From Lama glama (taxonomy: Eukaryota): 64,000 bases of DNA. Shown here piece by piece: positions 51,490 through 64,000 of this stretch; the first letter of the stretch is position 1; every line of letters begins with the position of its first letter. A program made the position numbers and the translations under genes. The notes beneath the pieces were generated by a model. The model had not been told where the DNA came from, did not search any database, and worked only from the letters and a program-made list of their open reading frames with translations. The stretch lies in contig CM052816.1 in the NCBI GenBank assembly GCA_028534125.1, positions 91,204,001-91,268,000 of the forward strand, read 5' to 3'.

Positions 51490-51646
51490 TCAATATCTTA
51501 CAGTAATCTATAATGAAAAATAATGTGAAAAGGAATATATGTATGTATATGGATGACTGAAACATTGTGCTGTGCACCAGAAATTGACACAGCAGTGTAA
51601 ACTGACTATACGTCAATAAAAAAGAAAAAAAATCTTAAAAAAAAAA
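51490..51646 (+). mobile_element. Young L1 3' end nested in the ERV leader
   Basis: tgtgctgtgcaccagaaattgacacagcagtgtaaactgactatacgtcaataaaaag. Confidence 0.85.
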
Positions 51647-54409
51647 CCACAAGTGAGGTTTTCATTCCATTTGTTCTATGTCCTGAGAGCTTGGCTTTGT
51701 GTCCAGTGAGAATATTTTCACTGGTTTCTGCCATCTGGAAGGTGCATTTACCAGGGTGCATCTGGTGGCCAAATAAATTGGGGTACCAAGGCACAAAATC
51801 ACAAGCAGCCCTCTCTTCGTCTGGCTGTGCCAACTCTCAGAATTTGTTATAAGATGTTTCAGTCCATAAGGGACCTTTGTTGCCTTGCTAACGACAGTAG
51901 TGCCTCCCTGGTGTCGCAGATTAGTGCGTCTGCGACTGAACGCATTCCTTGTTTTCAACAGGAAACTGAGACACCGTTTTCACTACATCATTCTTACTGC
52001 CTGTAGCAATGAAAGGCTTTTACTTTCTTAGATTCTAAGAGTAAACTTTCTAGATCTTGTGAGGGCTACATGTTCTCTCGTGAGATACCTCTTTTGTCTT
52101 TGGTTAAGCCATAAAAAAAAAGGTTATTGATTTGAGTCACTATTTGAGATTAATATGAGATCTTACTTGTCAATGACCATATAATAGATCCTTTAAATTG
52201 ACTATTTGAAGGGAAATTTTTGAGAGCTTTCATAATTAATAAACAGCTGTCATATTGGTACTTATGAGAGGATCAAATTGAAAGGAAAAAAAGGGTAGTG
52301 ATGCTCCTTAGGGAATCCCTTATTAAGATGAAAGAACATAAATTGGACTTAAGGATCCAGTGTAAATTCCCCTTCTTAAAGAAAAAGTCCCATCTCCTCA
52401 GTAATTCTTCAGGACCTCTTATAAATGATTAGGAAATAGATCAACTGGAAGCCAGTATTTAATGGCTAATAGAAGCAACTGTCTCTGCCTTGCTAATCTC
52501 TACAAAACCAGAAATACAACTCTAGAAATAAGTCAATGCCCACTTATCTTCACCAATCCCAGAATATCACCTATTCCTCTCAAATGCTTGTGGCTGTTAC
52601 GAAAAATTAGGATATTGGAGCAAAAGTGTCTCATACTTAAGAGAAAAAATTTAAATAATAATTACCCTAAGACTTGTGATAATAGACAAATGTACTTCAA
52701 AACACCTAGAAGAAAAATTTTCTTTCTCTGTGCTTTAAAGTTATGAATCTTTCACGTCTTTGAAATGTAAACACAGCCTGCAGTCACCTGAGACTGAGCT
52801 TGAACTAACGCAATCACTAGAATCTGACACCAAAAAAAGAGGGAAAGAGGGCTTTTAAAACAAAAACTGTTAGAAGAACACTCTTGCCAAAACTCGAAGT
52901 CACAGCTTCCTTAAAAATTGCCTGTCAAGGGAAAATATAGATATTAAAAGTCTTCTCCAGAAATAGTAAAAGACTTTAACCATTGGAGTGAGTAAACTTA
53001 GTTTATTCCAACTGTTATTTATAAAGCGGTGAGTTTTATGTTGTACCTGATTCACGACTAAAGTTAGAAAATGAAAACTATGAGATCTCTGGTTGTGTCT
53101 ATCTACATGTCTGTATGTATACATTATAGATTTTTCTACCATTATATGTTATTGCCAAAATTATTCTGTAAAAGAGCTCTATTTAATTGGCTGAGGCAAA
53201 CACTTATATAAAATTTTTAAAAAATATAATAAAAATTAACCCAAATGTTTTTCAAGTTCATGTGATCTAGGATAATCTTTGGTAAATAAAGACTAACTTT
53301 AAGTTTGTTGGTTTAATTAATACAGGTATATCTTCAGAGTTGTCAGCATAAAATATTTTTAGGCAGGTAAACAACTTTTGTCCTACGTGGGTTTACTAGC
53401 CAGATGGGCTCATGTTGTCTCTGTTGCAAAGTTTTTCAGCAAAAAACAAAAAACAAAGAATTGAAGATGATTACTAAGTGCTTTAATGTCTCATGAAATT
53501 TTCATGAGTAATCTAAGTGTGATTCTTAAGAACAAGTGAATTAAACAGATGTAAATAAGATAAGAGTTTTTAGGTGAACTTTGTAACAATAATTGTTTTA
53601 TGATATGTCAAATAATTTCTTAAATTTCATTGGTAATTTACACCTTTAGTTTTGCTAACTTAAATTAAATGATAAGAATTCACTAAATATCTAGATCATT
53701 TCCAAATGAAATAAAATACTCAATCAGCAATTGCTAAACACATCTAAGTTTCCCTACTTCTGATCTTTTATTACAGAGAGACTAAATATGTTTAGGTCTA
53801 TTGGTAAACATGTATATCTTGTGCATTATTGAAAAAATCTGCTATGAAGTAGCATATGTTTCTGGAAATTATAAAATGTATTTATAAGTTCACCAACCCA
53901 AAACTTGCTAACACAGTTCACAATTTTTCTTTATTTTTGCCAAAAAACTTAAGGTTTCAAAGGATTAAGAAATCCAGTTACTATATGTGGTTAAAGCTGC
54001 TAGCACTAACAAGAAAAGTGAAATATGTTTTGGGGTTGAAAAAAAGGTATAAGGAATGAGATGTTTTTTGTTAAGGACAAAGAAAGTGAATTTGTCCTAA
54101 ATCTCTTTATTTCTAAATGGGAAAGAGAACAAGGGACAAACTAAAATGGACATAGAAAGTTGTAGAAAGCTTGTAAAAAAGCAAATCTTTGAAAAGGAAT
54201 TTTATGTGTGGTCAGGACTAAGACTGGAATAAATTTAATTAAGTAAATGAGTCTTAATATCAAAAGTAAGCTGGCACAAAATTAAAATTTGAGTTTTTTC
54301 CATTAAAATATAAAATTTTAAATTAAAAATCATTTTTTATTTATTTTTAATAGGTACAACTAAATTTATTTATTTATTTATGTATCAGGCAGTCACAATG
54401 CAATTTTAT

Positions 54410-55035
54410 TCATTTTTTTTTGTTTTATTTTTTATTGAAGTATAGTTGATTTATATTATTATATCATATATACTACATAGTGATTGAAAATATTTGTAGA
54501 TTATACTTCATTTAAAGTTATTATATGTAGTAGCTCATGGTGAAAAAGAATACAAAAATGAATATATGTATATTCATGTACGACTGAAGAGTTGTGCTGT
54601 ACACCAGAAATTGACACAACATTGTAAATTGACTATACTTCAATAAAAAAAGTTATTATAAAATATTGGTCACATTCCCTTATAGCCTATTTATCTTATA
54701 GATAGTAGCTTTTACCTGTTAATCCTTTCCATCTATCTTGCCTCCTCCCTTCCCTCTGCACACTGATATCCACTAGTTTGTTCTCTGTATCTGTGGATCT
54801 GTTTCTATTATGTTATATTTATTCATCTGTTTTATTTCTTAGATTCCACATATAAGTGATAACAGACAGTATTTGCCTTTCTCTGTCTGACTTATTTCAC
54901 TTAGCATTATACCCTCCAGGTCCGTCCATATTGTTGCAAATGACAAAATTCTGTTCTTTTTTTATGGCTGAGCAGTATTCCATTGTGTACATATACCACA
55001 TCTTCTTTATCCATTCATCTGTTAATGGACACTCA
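54410..55035 (-). mobile_element. L1 3' end nested in the ERV
   Basis: ttattgaagtatagttgatt...tctgtctgacttatttcacttagcatt...tatccattcatctgttaatggacac. Confidence 0.88.
54526..54648 (+). mobile_element. Very short young L1 3' end nested in an L1, with TSD
   Basis: TSD aaagttattata at 54514-54525 and 54649-54660. Confidence 0.85.
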
Positions 55036-55072
55036 GATATGCTCTTAATGAGAAATTGTAAACAAAGACTTT

Positions 55073-55740
55073 ATTATTTTTATTGAAGTATAGTCAGTTT
55101 ACAATGTTGTGTCAATTTCTGGCATACAACACAATGTTTCAGTCATACATGAACATACATATATTTGTTTTCATACTCTTTTTCACCATAAGCTACTATA
55201 AGATATGACTATAGTTCCCTTTGCTATACAGTAGAAACTTGTTTGTCTATTTTATATATACCAGTCAGTATCTGCAAATCTCAAACTCCCAATTTATCCC
55301 TTCCCACCCTCTCCCCACTGGTAACCATAAGTTTGTTTTCTCTGTTTATGAGTCTGTTTCTGTTTTCTATACAAGTTCATTTGTCTTTTTCTTTTTCTTT
55401 TTCTTTTTTTTTGGTTCCACATATGAGTGATATCATATGGTATTTTTCTTTCTCTCTCTGGCTTACTTCACTTAGAATGACATTCTCCAGGAGCATTCAT
55501 GTTGCTACAAATGGCGTTATGTTGTCAGTTTTTATGGCTGAGTACTATTCCACTGTATAAATATACCACATCTACTTTATCCAGTCATCTGTCAATGGAG
55601 ATTTAGGCTGTTTCCATGTCTTGGCTATTGTAAATAGTGCTGCTATGAACATTGGGGGTGTAGGTGTTTTTTGAATTAAGGATCCCTCTGGATATATACC
55701 CAGGAGTGGGATTGCTGGATCATATGGTAAATCTATTTTC
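55073..55740 (-). mobile_element. Young L1 3' end nested in the ERV, with TSD
   Basis: TSD acaaagacttt at 55062-55072 and 55741-55751; L1 3' motifs throughout. Confidence 0.9.
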
Positions 55741-58149
55741 ACAAAGACTTTGTTTTTTACCTTTAATGTAATCTGCCCAGAAAAACAAAAAAATCTCTAT
55801 TTTGTCTTTATTTGTGTTTTGTGTTTCATTTACCTAGAAGAAAAAACACCCTGAATCTTCAATATTGAAAGAGATAAGGCTTTTAACAGCTATTTAATTT
55901 TCTGTATTTGCCTGTAAAGTTTTTGTCATTGTAATTAAATGGGTAACTAAGTATTTTTTCACAATGGCCTATGGTCTTATTTGACTATATGTTTTAAAAT
56001 CTTGTTGATATTTTTGACAAACTTCCTCCAAATCAAATCTAAATAAAGTCTTATTGACCTAGAAATAACATAAGGGTTTTTCAGAGGGACCCTGGAGCCC
56101 TCAGAAGATTTGCTTTCTCTCTTTATAAAAGAGAAATATTTAATAAACTAAACTTATTTGATATATTAAATTATATGGGAAACGTCAAATAAATTACAAT
56201 AAATCTTAGGTTATATTTTTTAGGTAAATCTTTTTAATATAAATATTTTAGAAATTACTTGAAATTCCTAAAATTTAGTATAATAAGTCATAATTCTAGT
56301 TATTATCTTAAAATGTTGTGTGTCACAGAGATAACCAAATTTTTTGTCAGTTCCACTATCATGAATCAGATCTTTAACAATGCAAATTTTTAAGTCTCCT
56401 CATTTACAGGCTTTTATTATTTCACTCAGATGCTTTTGCAAAAGCTTCCTGCAAATGTGTTTTATTCCCAGAGAAATTAATGGAAATTAATCTAACGACT
56501 ATTCTGGAATACAAGTTGCCAGTAACTTTCAAATCATACCACTGAATTGGGTAAGAATTTACAGAACCCTAATGAAAAAAATGAGAAGCTTTATAAAACT
56601 TCCAACAAATGATCAAGAAGAACAAGAATTAATTAAATAGGACTAAATGAACTGAGGAAGATGATTAATTTTTCAGAAAAACAATGCTGATTTTTTAAAA
56701 TGTTCTGTTTCTCCAGATTTAAGGAAAGCTTTTCCTCTTGTCTCTTAAGCTAATTATGCCTTAGAGCAATTTGATAAGTTATATTTGTAAACAGAATTGG
56801 AACATTTATCTTTTTCTCTCTACCTGAGCCCTCTGGAATTCAGAAACTCTCAGTGACTGCTCTTGTGTAAGTTCCTGCAAATGATTTGTATAAACGCAAA
56901 AAGAATCTATCCTCCTTAGAACAGGACACAACTGAAAACATTGATTGTATTAACAAACCTTTCCTGGAACGTTATATTTGAGAGAGACAGACATAGACTC
57001 AGATATGACCAGACAGTTTTAAGGAACTAAGGTTGATTGTATGAAGCCAATAAAGCCCCTTGGGAAAACCGTCTGGTTTCTCGCTTACAGGGTCCCTAGC
57101 AGCCTTATCAGATGAGTAAGGAAGGTCACTTCCTGGCAGGCACAGTCACCTCAGGATATTTCGGAGACCCTAAGGAGAAAGGAATTCACCCAAATCTGTA
57201 GGTTTTGTACGCCAAGTCTCATGGCAAATATTTACCTTGGCTTCTTAGCCTCAAGAGGCTATTAAATGTTCAGTCTGGAGGTTCCTTATGACAAATTCCA
57301 GCAAAACAAATTTAAAAGAGCCTCTGTGATCAAGTACTATTCTTGTTAAACCTATGTAAATAATCAGGCCAAGTTTATTGAAAGTAGACTTATTCTGCCA
57401 ACAAATTAGTCTTAATTTGGCTATCTTTGGTAAAAATGCCAGTGATTTTAGAGAGAAAAATTATGCTTCAGTAGAAACTGTAACACACACTTGTGGATAT
57501 TAGATTTTAATGCTATTAATTTTCCTTGAGGTTTAGTTATTTACCTAAAAACTAAACTGGATCATTAATGTTTTTAGTTTCCTCTGATATCTGGCCATGA
57601 ATCTCCAAACATTTTCAATTTTCTCCCACCCTTTTGACTTGGAATCATTGAGAACAAAAAGTGCCCCTTTTCCTGAAACCCTACAAACTGAAGCTAGGTG
57701 ACTTGACATAAACTTCAGAGAAATTGCCCCAGCAGCTCATATTTAAGCAAGCTTCATGTCTGTTGCTGTATAGGCCACTCAAGAAGTTTACCTGAACATC
57801 TGATGACATCATCAGAGACTTTTCAAACTGCAAAAGATGTGTCAACCCGACATCTTTCAGAAATCTTATTGACTGACTGCCCCTGGGCTCAGACACCGGA
57901 TGACAATCTGCTCCAATCATTAATCTTTATTTTTCCTTCTGTTTCCATAGAAACACCTCTTATTAAATACCTGATTGCTTGCATAATGGAGACCTGACTT
58001 CGGGAGCTGACCTGAATCACCACCTCCTGAAATGAGTTTAAATAAATGGACCTGTTGTCAAGACTAAGAGACTGCTTCAGTGAGATGAAACAATCTACCA
58101 GCTCAACTTTTAACACGTGACACTTGCAGGGAAGTCTCAGGGGGGTAAC

Positions 58150-58691
58150 TGTTGGGTCCCAGGGCAGGATGCCTCCAAATATGCCTCAGTAACGTATTGA
58201 TTATCTTGAACTAAAGTTACTTAAGAAAAGGCTGAGGTACGAGGGACACTTTGACCCTCCTCTCTGTCTCTCTGAAAGCAGAAAATAAATCTTCCATGTG
58301 TAAGGTGCACTCCGTGCATCTGGAGTAGAAGGACACCCTTATAGCCAGAGATAGAGAATGTGGGGCCAAGAAGGCTGTACAAACAGAACTTGTCACTTTT
58401 AAAATCTACTACTCCAAGCCCAAACTGTGTATATTCTTCACTGATTAAGCACCTAATACCTAAGTTTCTTTGTCCTGTTAATTCCTCATAGATTTATTGT
58501 TTCTTTGTTTAAAAAGTATAAAAGATGCCTGCTTTGGCCACTTTGTAGGTCTCATTTCAATGAGACTTTCATATCTACACATTGAAGTTTGTTCCTTTTT
58601 CTTCTGTTAATCTGTTCTGGGTCAATTTTATTGTTAATCCAGCCACAAGAACTCAAGAGGGATAAAGGGAGAAATTTCTCCCTCCCTGACA
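58150..58691 (+). repeat. Complete 3' LTR (MER34-like)
   Basis: TG...CA after the purine tract agggggg; MER34-like start (tccaaatatgcctc...gattatcttgaact); TATA-like aagtataaaa. Confidence 0.85.
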
Positions 58692-59285
58692 ATGCTTACA
58701 TGACAAAGCCATGACAAAAATTCCAATAGTACTAGAATCAGAAAGCTTCCAGGTTGGTGAACACATCCATGTACTGAGAAGGTGATGCACCTGACCTCCG
58801 CTGGGACACAAGCTCCTTCACTCGAGACCCTCCCAGACCTTGTCTCATGTTTCTCTTCAACTGGCTGTTTATCTTTGTCTTTATTATATCCTTTCATAAA
58901 CCGGTAAATGTTAAATACATGTGTCTCTGAGTTCAGTGAGCTGTTCTAGCAAATAATTGAATCCAAGGAGGAAGAGGTCATGAGAACTTCTGGTTTTTAG
59001 CCAAATCAGACAGATGTAGGTAACCTGCGGACCTACTGCTTGCGATCGGCATCTGAGGTGGCGGTCAGTCACGTGACTGAGAATGTGGGATTTGATGCCA
59101 CCTCCAGGTAAATAGCATCAGGACTGAGTTACATTGTAGGACACCCAGCTGATGTTACAGAACTGTTTGGTGAGGGAAGAATCCGCACACATTTGGTGCC
59201 CAGAAGTATCAGAAGTGAAGTGTTCTGTGTGGGTAGTAAAAGTGGTACACAGGCGGGAGGCCTGAGGTTTTCCTCTCTCAGGTGG
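58692..59285 (+). mobile_element. MER21-like LTR, 3' portion only
   Basis: agcttccaggttggtgaacacatc, ctgagttcagtgagctgttctagcaaat, tgtaggacacccagctg, cacatttggtg. Confidence 0.8.
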
Positions 59286-61262
59286 AAGTCCACTGGGTTT
59301 TTTTCCCTCTAACAGAAGACTTATGTATGTACTAAGAGACTGTCTATGGTACTGTTTTATACTTTTAAAGTTATACAAATAGCTACACATACAAAACCTT
59401 TGTGATTGTTTTGAAACCCATCATTGATCATGTACATAGACCTACGGGATTCTTTTTGACCATTCTCCAAGGAGTATTTCTGGGTGGCTGAAATTCAACA
59501 AGGTAATATCTGTCTTGTTCACTACTGTATCCTCAGTCCATCGCAGGTGCTCAATTAATGTCTGTAGGAAGGATCAGAAGAGGGTACCAGAACTAGAGGG
59601 ATCTTCCAGGCCAGCTCCAGGGCACTTTCTCGTCCTTGGCTCTATCAGCAAGAGAACTTAACTGATCCTGAAATTGCGGCATAAGCTACTGGTCAGAAAG
59701 TTCTCATGTGTGAAATTTCACCTTTCCGGAAGTTTTCCTAGAAATCTGTTTTTGAATTTACACTGAGAGCAAAATTCGTCATCAGGATTAATGTTACCTG
59801 TTGGATGCACACACTTTCTTACTGTCGTAAAAGAACATTATTAATATTTGAGAACAGCAAATCTCCATATATTGCTGCTATTAAAACTTCAGCACAAAGC
59901 TCTTTCAGGATGTTTTAATGATCAGTGAATGACTTAATGCATGTTGAGCTGCAGGCTGTTAACCCTGACTCTGACCTCGACTAGCTATGAATTAAGGCAG
60001 AGATGCAGGCTACTAGGAAGAGATCAGAGTAAACGTGGAGAGTAATTAAGCTTCCGGAGACTTTTGCATTTCCCACTGTAGTAACTGGGGTAATTGCCAA
60101 AGAGAGTTGTTCACTCTGAACCTTAAGAACAGAGATTTATTATTCTTTGATTCAGGCTTTCCATGCGAATTTAATGGTGTGCGTTCTTCTTTCTCACTTT
60201 AAAGATAGTAATGGGAAAAGAGAAAGCCTCAGAAGAAAGCGTAATGTTAGAAGAAAGTAACCACCATGCTTTGGACCATGTAATACAATTGTCTGGGGGA
60301 AATGCTTTAGTATTCATGTTTTTACCCAAATAGATGTCTGCAATTGGCCAAATGCAAACTTAGAGGCTGTGAAGCCTGTGTCTTCTAAGTACTATCAGAT
60401 TAGGTAGTGTATCGCTCAGTTTAATATATCAAATGCAATGGTTTTTGACTATTTCTAATTCATCAGGAATTCTACCAGTGACCACATTTACATTGTAAGA
60501 TTTTACGTTTGTTTTTAATTTGTACCTTTTGAACAAAAGAAAAATCATTTCTAAAGGTTATGACTGGAAGGCAAATTTTCACATTTTATCAACCAAATTG
60601 GGTTAAAATATATTTACTTTTCTTAAATCAGGTTTCCTAGTAGAGGGCTTCAAAATTCTGGAGATTTTTAATCTTGTTTGTCATTAGAAAGAGAGGAAGG
60701 AAAGAAGGAAGCAAGAAAAACATAGGCTTTTTTAATACCATTAAATTCTTTTAGAGAGCAACACAGAGATCCCTCTGAACTATAGATGTGAAAATTACTG
60801 TAAGGGATGGATTATTAATGATCACAGGAGTCACTAGCCAAGAAAAGGAGGCCTTGCAACTTGCTGGACAATGAATGCACAGAACTTATGACAATATTTA
60901 CTCTTGATCTTAAGTTCCAATGTGCATCCCTTATAAAATTGAACCATAAGGGATCACTAGAGAGACACAATTCTTTCATAGAAATGTTTGGAGACTCCAT
61001 CTCCTCTCTACTCCTACCAGGAAGTTGAAGGATTTCCCCCCCAAATATCATCTGAGAATGATTCTTAAAGAAGCAAATATGAAGAGGAATCACATGTATG
61101 TATTGGTATTGTATGTATACATGTACACACACACAAATATTTTAAGACCTGGGATGGAGAATGAACGAATAATGGTAACTCCAGGCTTTTCAAAGACTGT
61201 GAAAATGTTTATTTATTTTTTCTTGAGGAAGTAGGACCACTCCACTATGTTCAACCTCATTA

Positions 61263-61681
61263 AGTCAGGCAGAGTAGTGTTCCCCTGAAGTTGTCCACAT
61301 TCTCATCTCTGGAACCTTTGAATAAATTACCTTAAATGGAAGAAGGGACTTTGCAGGTGAAATCTGGGTAAGACTCTTAAGGCAGGTTATCATTCATTGC
61401 CCAGGCAGACTGTGGAATCACAGGGTTGTTAAAAGATTTGAAGGATATATCTGGTGGCTTTGAAGACAGAGAAAAATGTTGTAAGCCAAGGAATGTAGGT
61501 AGCAGCTAGAAGCTAGAAAAGGTGTGAGTTTTTCCTTAGAGCCTCCAGAAGGAGCATAGTCCTGCCAACCCCTTGATTTTAACCCAAGAAGCCCTCCAGA
61601 ACTATAAGAGAATAGATATGTATTGCTTTACGCCACCGAGATTGTGGTAACTTGTCACAGCAGCAGTAGGAAGCTAATACA
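61263..61681 (+). mobile_element. MaLR solo LTR (MLT1C/D-like)
   Basis: gggactttgcagg, agccaaggaatgtagg, ttagagcctccagaagga, 3' end gtaggaagctaataca. Confidence 0.85.
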
Positions 61682-61689
61682 CTGAAGCA

Positions 61690-61936
61690 TTTTATTTCCA
61701 GTTGAGTGTCTCATGCTTTGCTTCCCTGCAGCACAGGCAGTGTGCCCTAGAGGGTGCAGTCACAGGATGCCGAGCCTCTGCAAGCCTGGGTCTCGGAGTC
61801 TCCACGTGGAATGCAGTTATCACTCAGATTGGCAGCAGACTCTGCTCATGTGAGAATAAACCTCTGTTCTGATAAGCCCTTGAGACTTCAGGATTGTTTG
61901 GTTCCACGGGCTAAAATCTCTCTCCGTTAGTACTCA
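61690..61936 (+). mobile_element. Older MLT1 (I/J-like) LTR 3' part
   Basis: gcctgggtctcggag, tgtgagaataaacctctgttctgataagcccttgagacttcagg. Confidence 0.65.
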
Positions 61937-61979
61937 GGTTCTGCCTGGTTCCCTCAGGTCTTCACAAATGAGGTTGTAT

Positions 61980-62172
61980 CCATGGTGGACTGATAAATGG
62001 TAACAATCGGCTCTCAGAAAAAAGAAAAAAAAACCACCTTGATTTGTAGCGCTGCTGATTTCTGATTTCCCACCATGGCTGATTGTAGGCCACAACTATG
62101 AAGTCACTGAACGCGAGGCTGCAAAGAGATGTGCGCAGTCAGCTGCGAGAGCCTGGGTGAGTCACACCTCTG
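61980..62172 (-). mobile_element. MER63-like hAT MITE
   Basis: taaatggtaacaatcggctctc...gatttgtagcg...cccaccatggc...gtcactgaacgcg...cacctctg. Confidence 0.65.
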
Positions 62173-62279
62173 GGTGACATCTTGACTGGATCTAAAAGAT
62201 GGGGCAGAGTTTGTCACTTTTATATCTTTGACAGTGTTATCTCCAAGGGGGAGCATGAAGGTGAGAGAGGACACAGCAT

Positions 62280-62432
62280 GTCTTCTTGTCTTATATTTAA
62301 GTCTTTAAGCCATTTTGAGTTTGTGTGTATGGGGTGAGGGAGTGCTCTAATGTCATTGATTTCCATTCAGCTGTCCAGTTTTCCCAACACCATTTGCTGA
62401 AGAGACAGTTTTTACTCCACTGTATGTTCTCT
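62280..62432 (-). mobile_element. L1 ORF2 fragment
   Basis: gtctttaagccattttgagtt...ccagttttcccaacaccatttgctgaagaga. Confidence 0.85.
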
Positions 62433-63845
62433 TCATACTCAACAAACACAAATTATGTGTTCTTATAAAGATAGTCCACTTAAGTTATCCGGGAAAATAT
62501 TTCAAGTGTCATTTTTTAAAGAAGATTCTTAATATCAAGTAATAGGATTTTTCTTTAATGTTAATTTAATATATTTAGTCTAAAGTCCCTAATGAAATCC
62601 TGGAACTTTCAACTAATTCAATATTTAGGAAGTTAATAGTCTATATTTATTTAAAGTTTTCTAAGGAGTTAAAAATCACCATACAACTGCCTATGACAAA
62701 AGATAATTAAGTACCACAGACAATTATGACTGTGTGTATTATTAAGTATATTCAGTCTTTGAGGTGGAGATAGAGGGGGAGAAATAAAGAAAACTCTGCA
62801 TTGCTTTCTCTTAGCAACTGTTATTATATTGCTTTACTTCAAGCAAAAGTATATCTTACCCCCGTCTCTTTCTAGCTCCCCATTTTCCACTGTCCTCTGA
62901 GTATGTTACCGTTCCCTTCTTTTTGTTTTTCCCTCTGTCCTCAAAATGAAAAATACCAGGCATAGGGTGGCAGGTGGGGACATGCTAGGATGGAGAGCCT
63001 ATGTCCACACTCACGCCTGGATGAGGCTGGGGGGAGGATAAGGGCTTTTCCGTCATCCCGGTGGCTGAAGCATTCTTTGTCTCACTCCTTTTAAATCGTT
63101 CAGCTTTATTTCCCCTGAAGCCTTTTTGGGTTAAGCAATGACTGATGCCCCCCAGGTCTCCTCTTCCACCTACAAGAGTACATTACATTTCCTTTTGTGC
63201 CTTTCTGCAGTGAGGAAAGAACCTGGTTAGACAGCCGATAAAAAAAATCTTCTAAATAATTTGTTCATGGCGTTAAAGTTCTATGAGTGAACAATGTCAT
63301 TTTGGTAAAAAGCCTCACTTTAATTCAAGAGAATGTAGTCCAGCTGTCAACCTACTACTGCTGCCATTTCCCAGTCTGGAGAGTGAGATTCAAGGGGTCA
63401 TTTGGTAGAAAATGGCTTTGTCAATACTCAGCTTAACACCACTACTATGGCTGTGTTCTACTTTTCTAAGGTACAAATGAACTTGGTAAAAATGCTCAGT
63501 TGGATAGCCGTTAACATTTTTCAGAACTCTAATAGAATTCCTGAACTTGCCTTTCTGCATGTAATAAGAGGGCTTGACCTCAATAGAACAGCCATTGAGA
63601 GAAATACATGCAGTCTTTCTAGCTCTACAAACACTAATTGGGAGAAATGGGGTAAATTAAGGGATTTATCTTCATGTGTCCATGTGGTTGAAACCACGTT
63701 GCTCACCTTTTGTGTCACTCACATAAGGTGTATTAGAGTATGGAAATGCCTTTAAGTGGCTCCTTGAATTTTTCTTTATAGGGACAGTTTAAGGTCTGAG
63801 AAATTTTGCACCCATAGACTTGAGTGGTTGGGTTAACTCAAGATA

Positions 63846-64000
63846 CTTTTTTTAAAAACATTTTTATTGATTCATAATCATTTTACAATGTTGTGTCAAA
63901 TTCCAGTGTAGAGCACAGTTTTTCAGTTATTCATGAACATATATATATTCATTGTCGCATTTTTTCCTCTGTGAGCTACCGTAAGATCTGGTGTATATTT
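63846..64000 (-). mobile_element. Young L1 3' end, continues past the window edge
   Basis: Nearly identical to 45929-46053. Confidence 0.88.

Larger units (their letters stand above)
50682..58691 (+). mobile_element. Degenerate ERV1 provirus, MER34-like LTRs plus non-coding internal region
   Basis: Two homologous direct LTRs both ending ccctccctgaca; splice donor AAG|gtaaga at 51113/51114; purine tract before the 3' LTR; no long ORF. Confidence 0.85.

Noticed and set aside
51650..58140. Intact gag/pol/env, such as a domesticated env
   Set aside because: Only short ORFs (about 100 aa or less) and no visible RT, integrase or env motifs

Overview
Mammalian genomic DNA, most likely a camelid (alpaca/llama/camel), judged from two tRNA-Ala(AGC)-derived Vic-1-type SINEs and many young L1 3' ends. 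I recognise no protein-coding gene, and the supplied short ORFs look like chance ORFs, mostly inside repeats. The window is intergenic or intronic and is dominated by interspersed repeats: L1, L2, MIR, CR1/L3, MaLR/ERVL LTRs and hAT DNA transposons. The most structured objects are (1) a degenerate ~8 kb MER34-like ERV1 provirus (50682-58691) carrying nested L1s, inserted in a MER21 LTR and truncated on its left side; (2) a ~320 bp polyadenylated, TSD-flanked retrocopy of a non-repeat mRNA 3' end (40051-40369); and (3) a few promoter-like or exon-like non-repeat islands, which are only candidates. Repeat family names come from my recall of consensus sequences, not from a database search, and most boundaries are approximate. 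I found no well-supported novel biological system.
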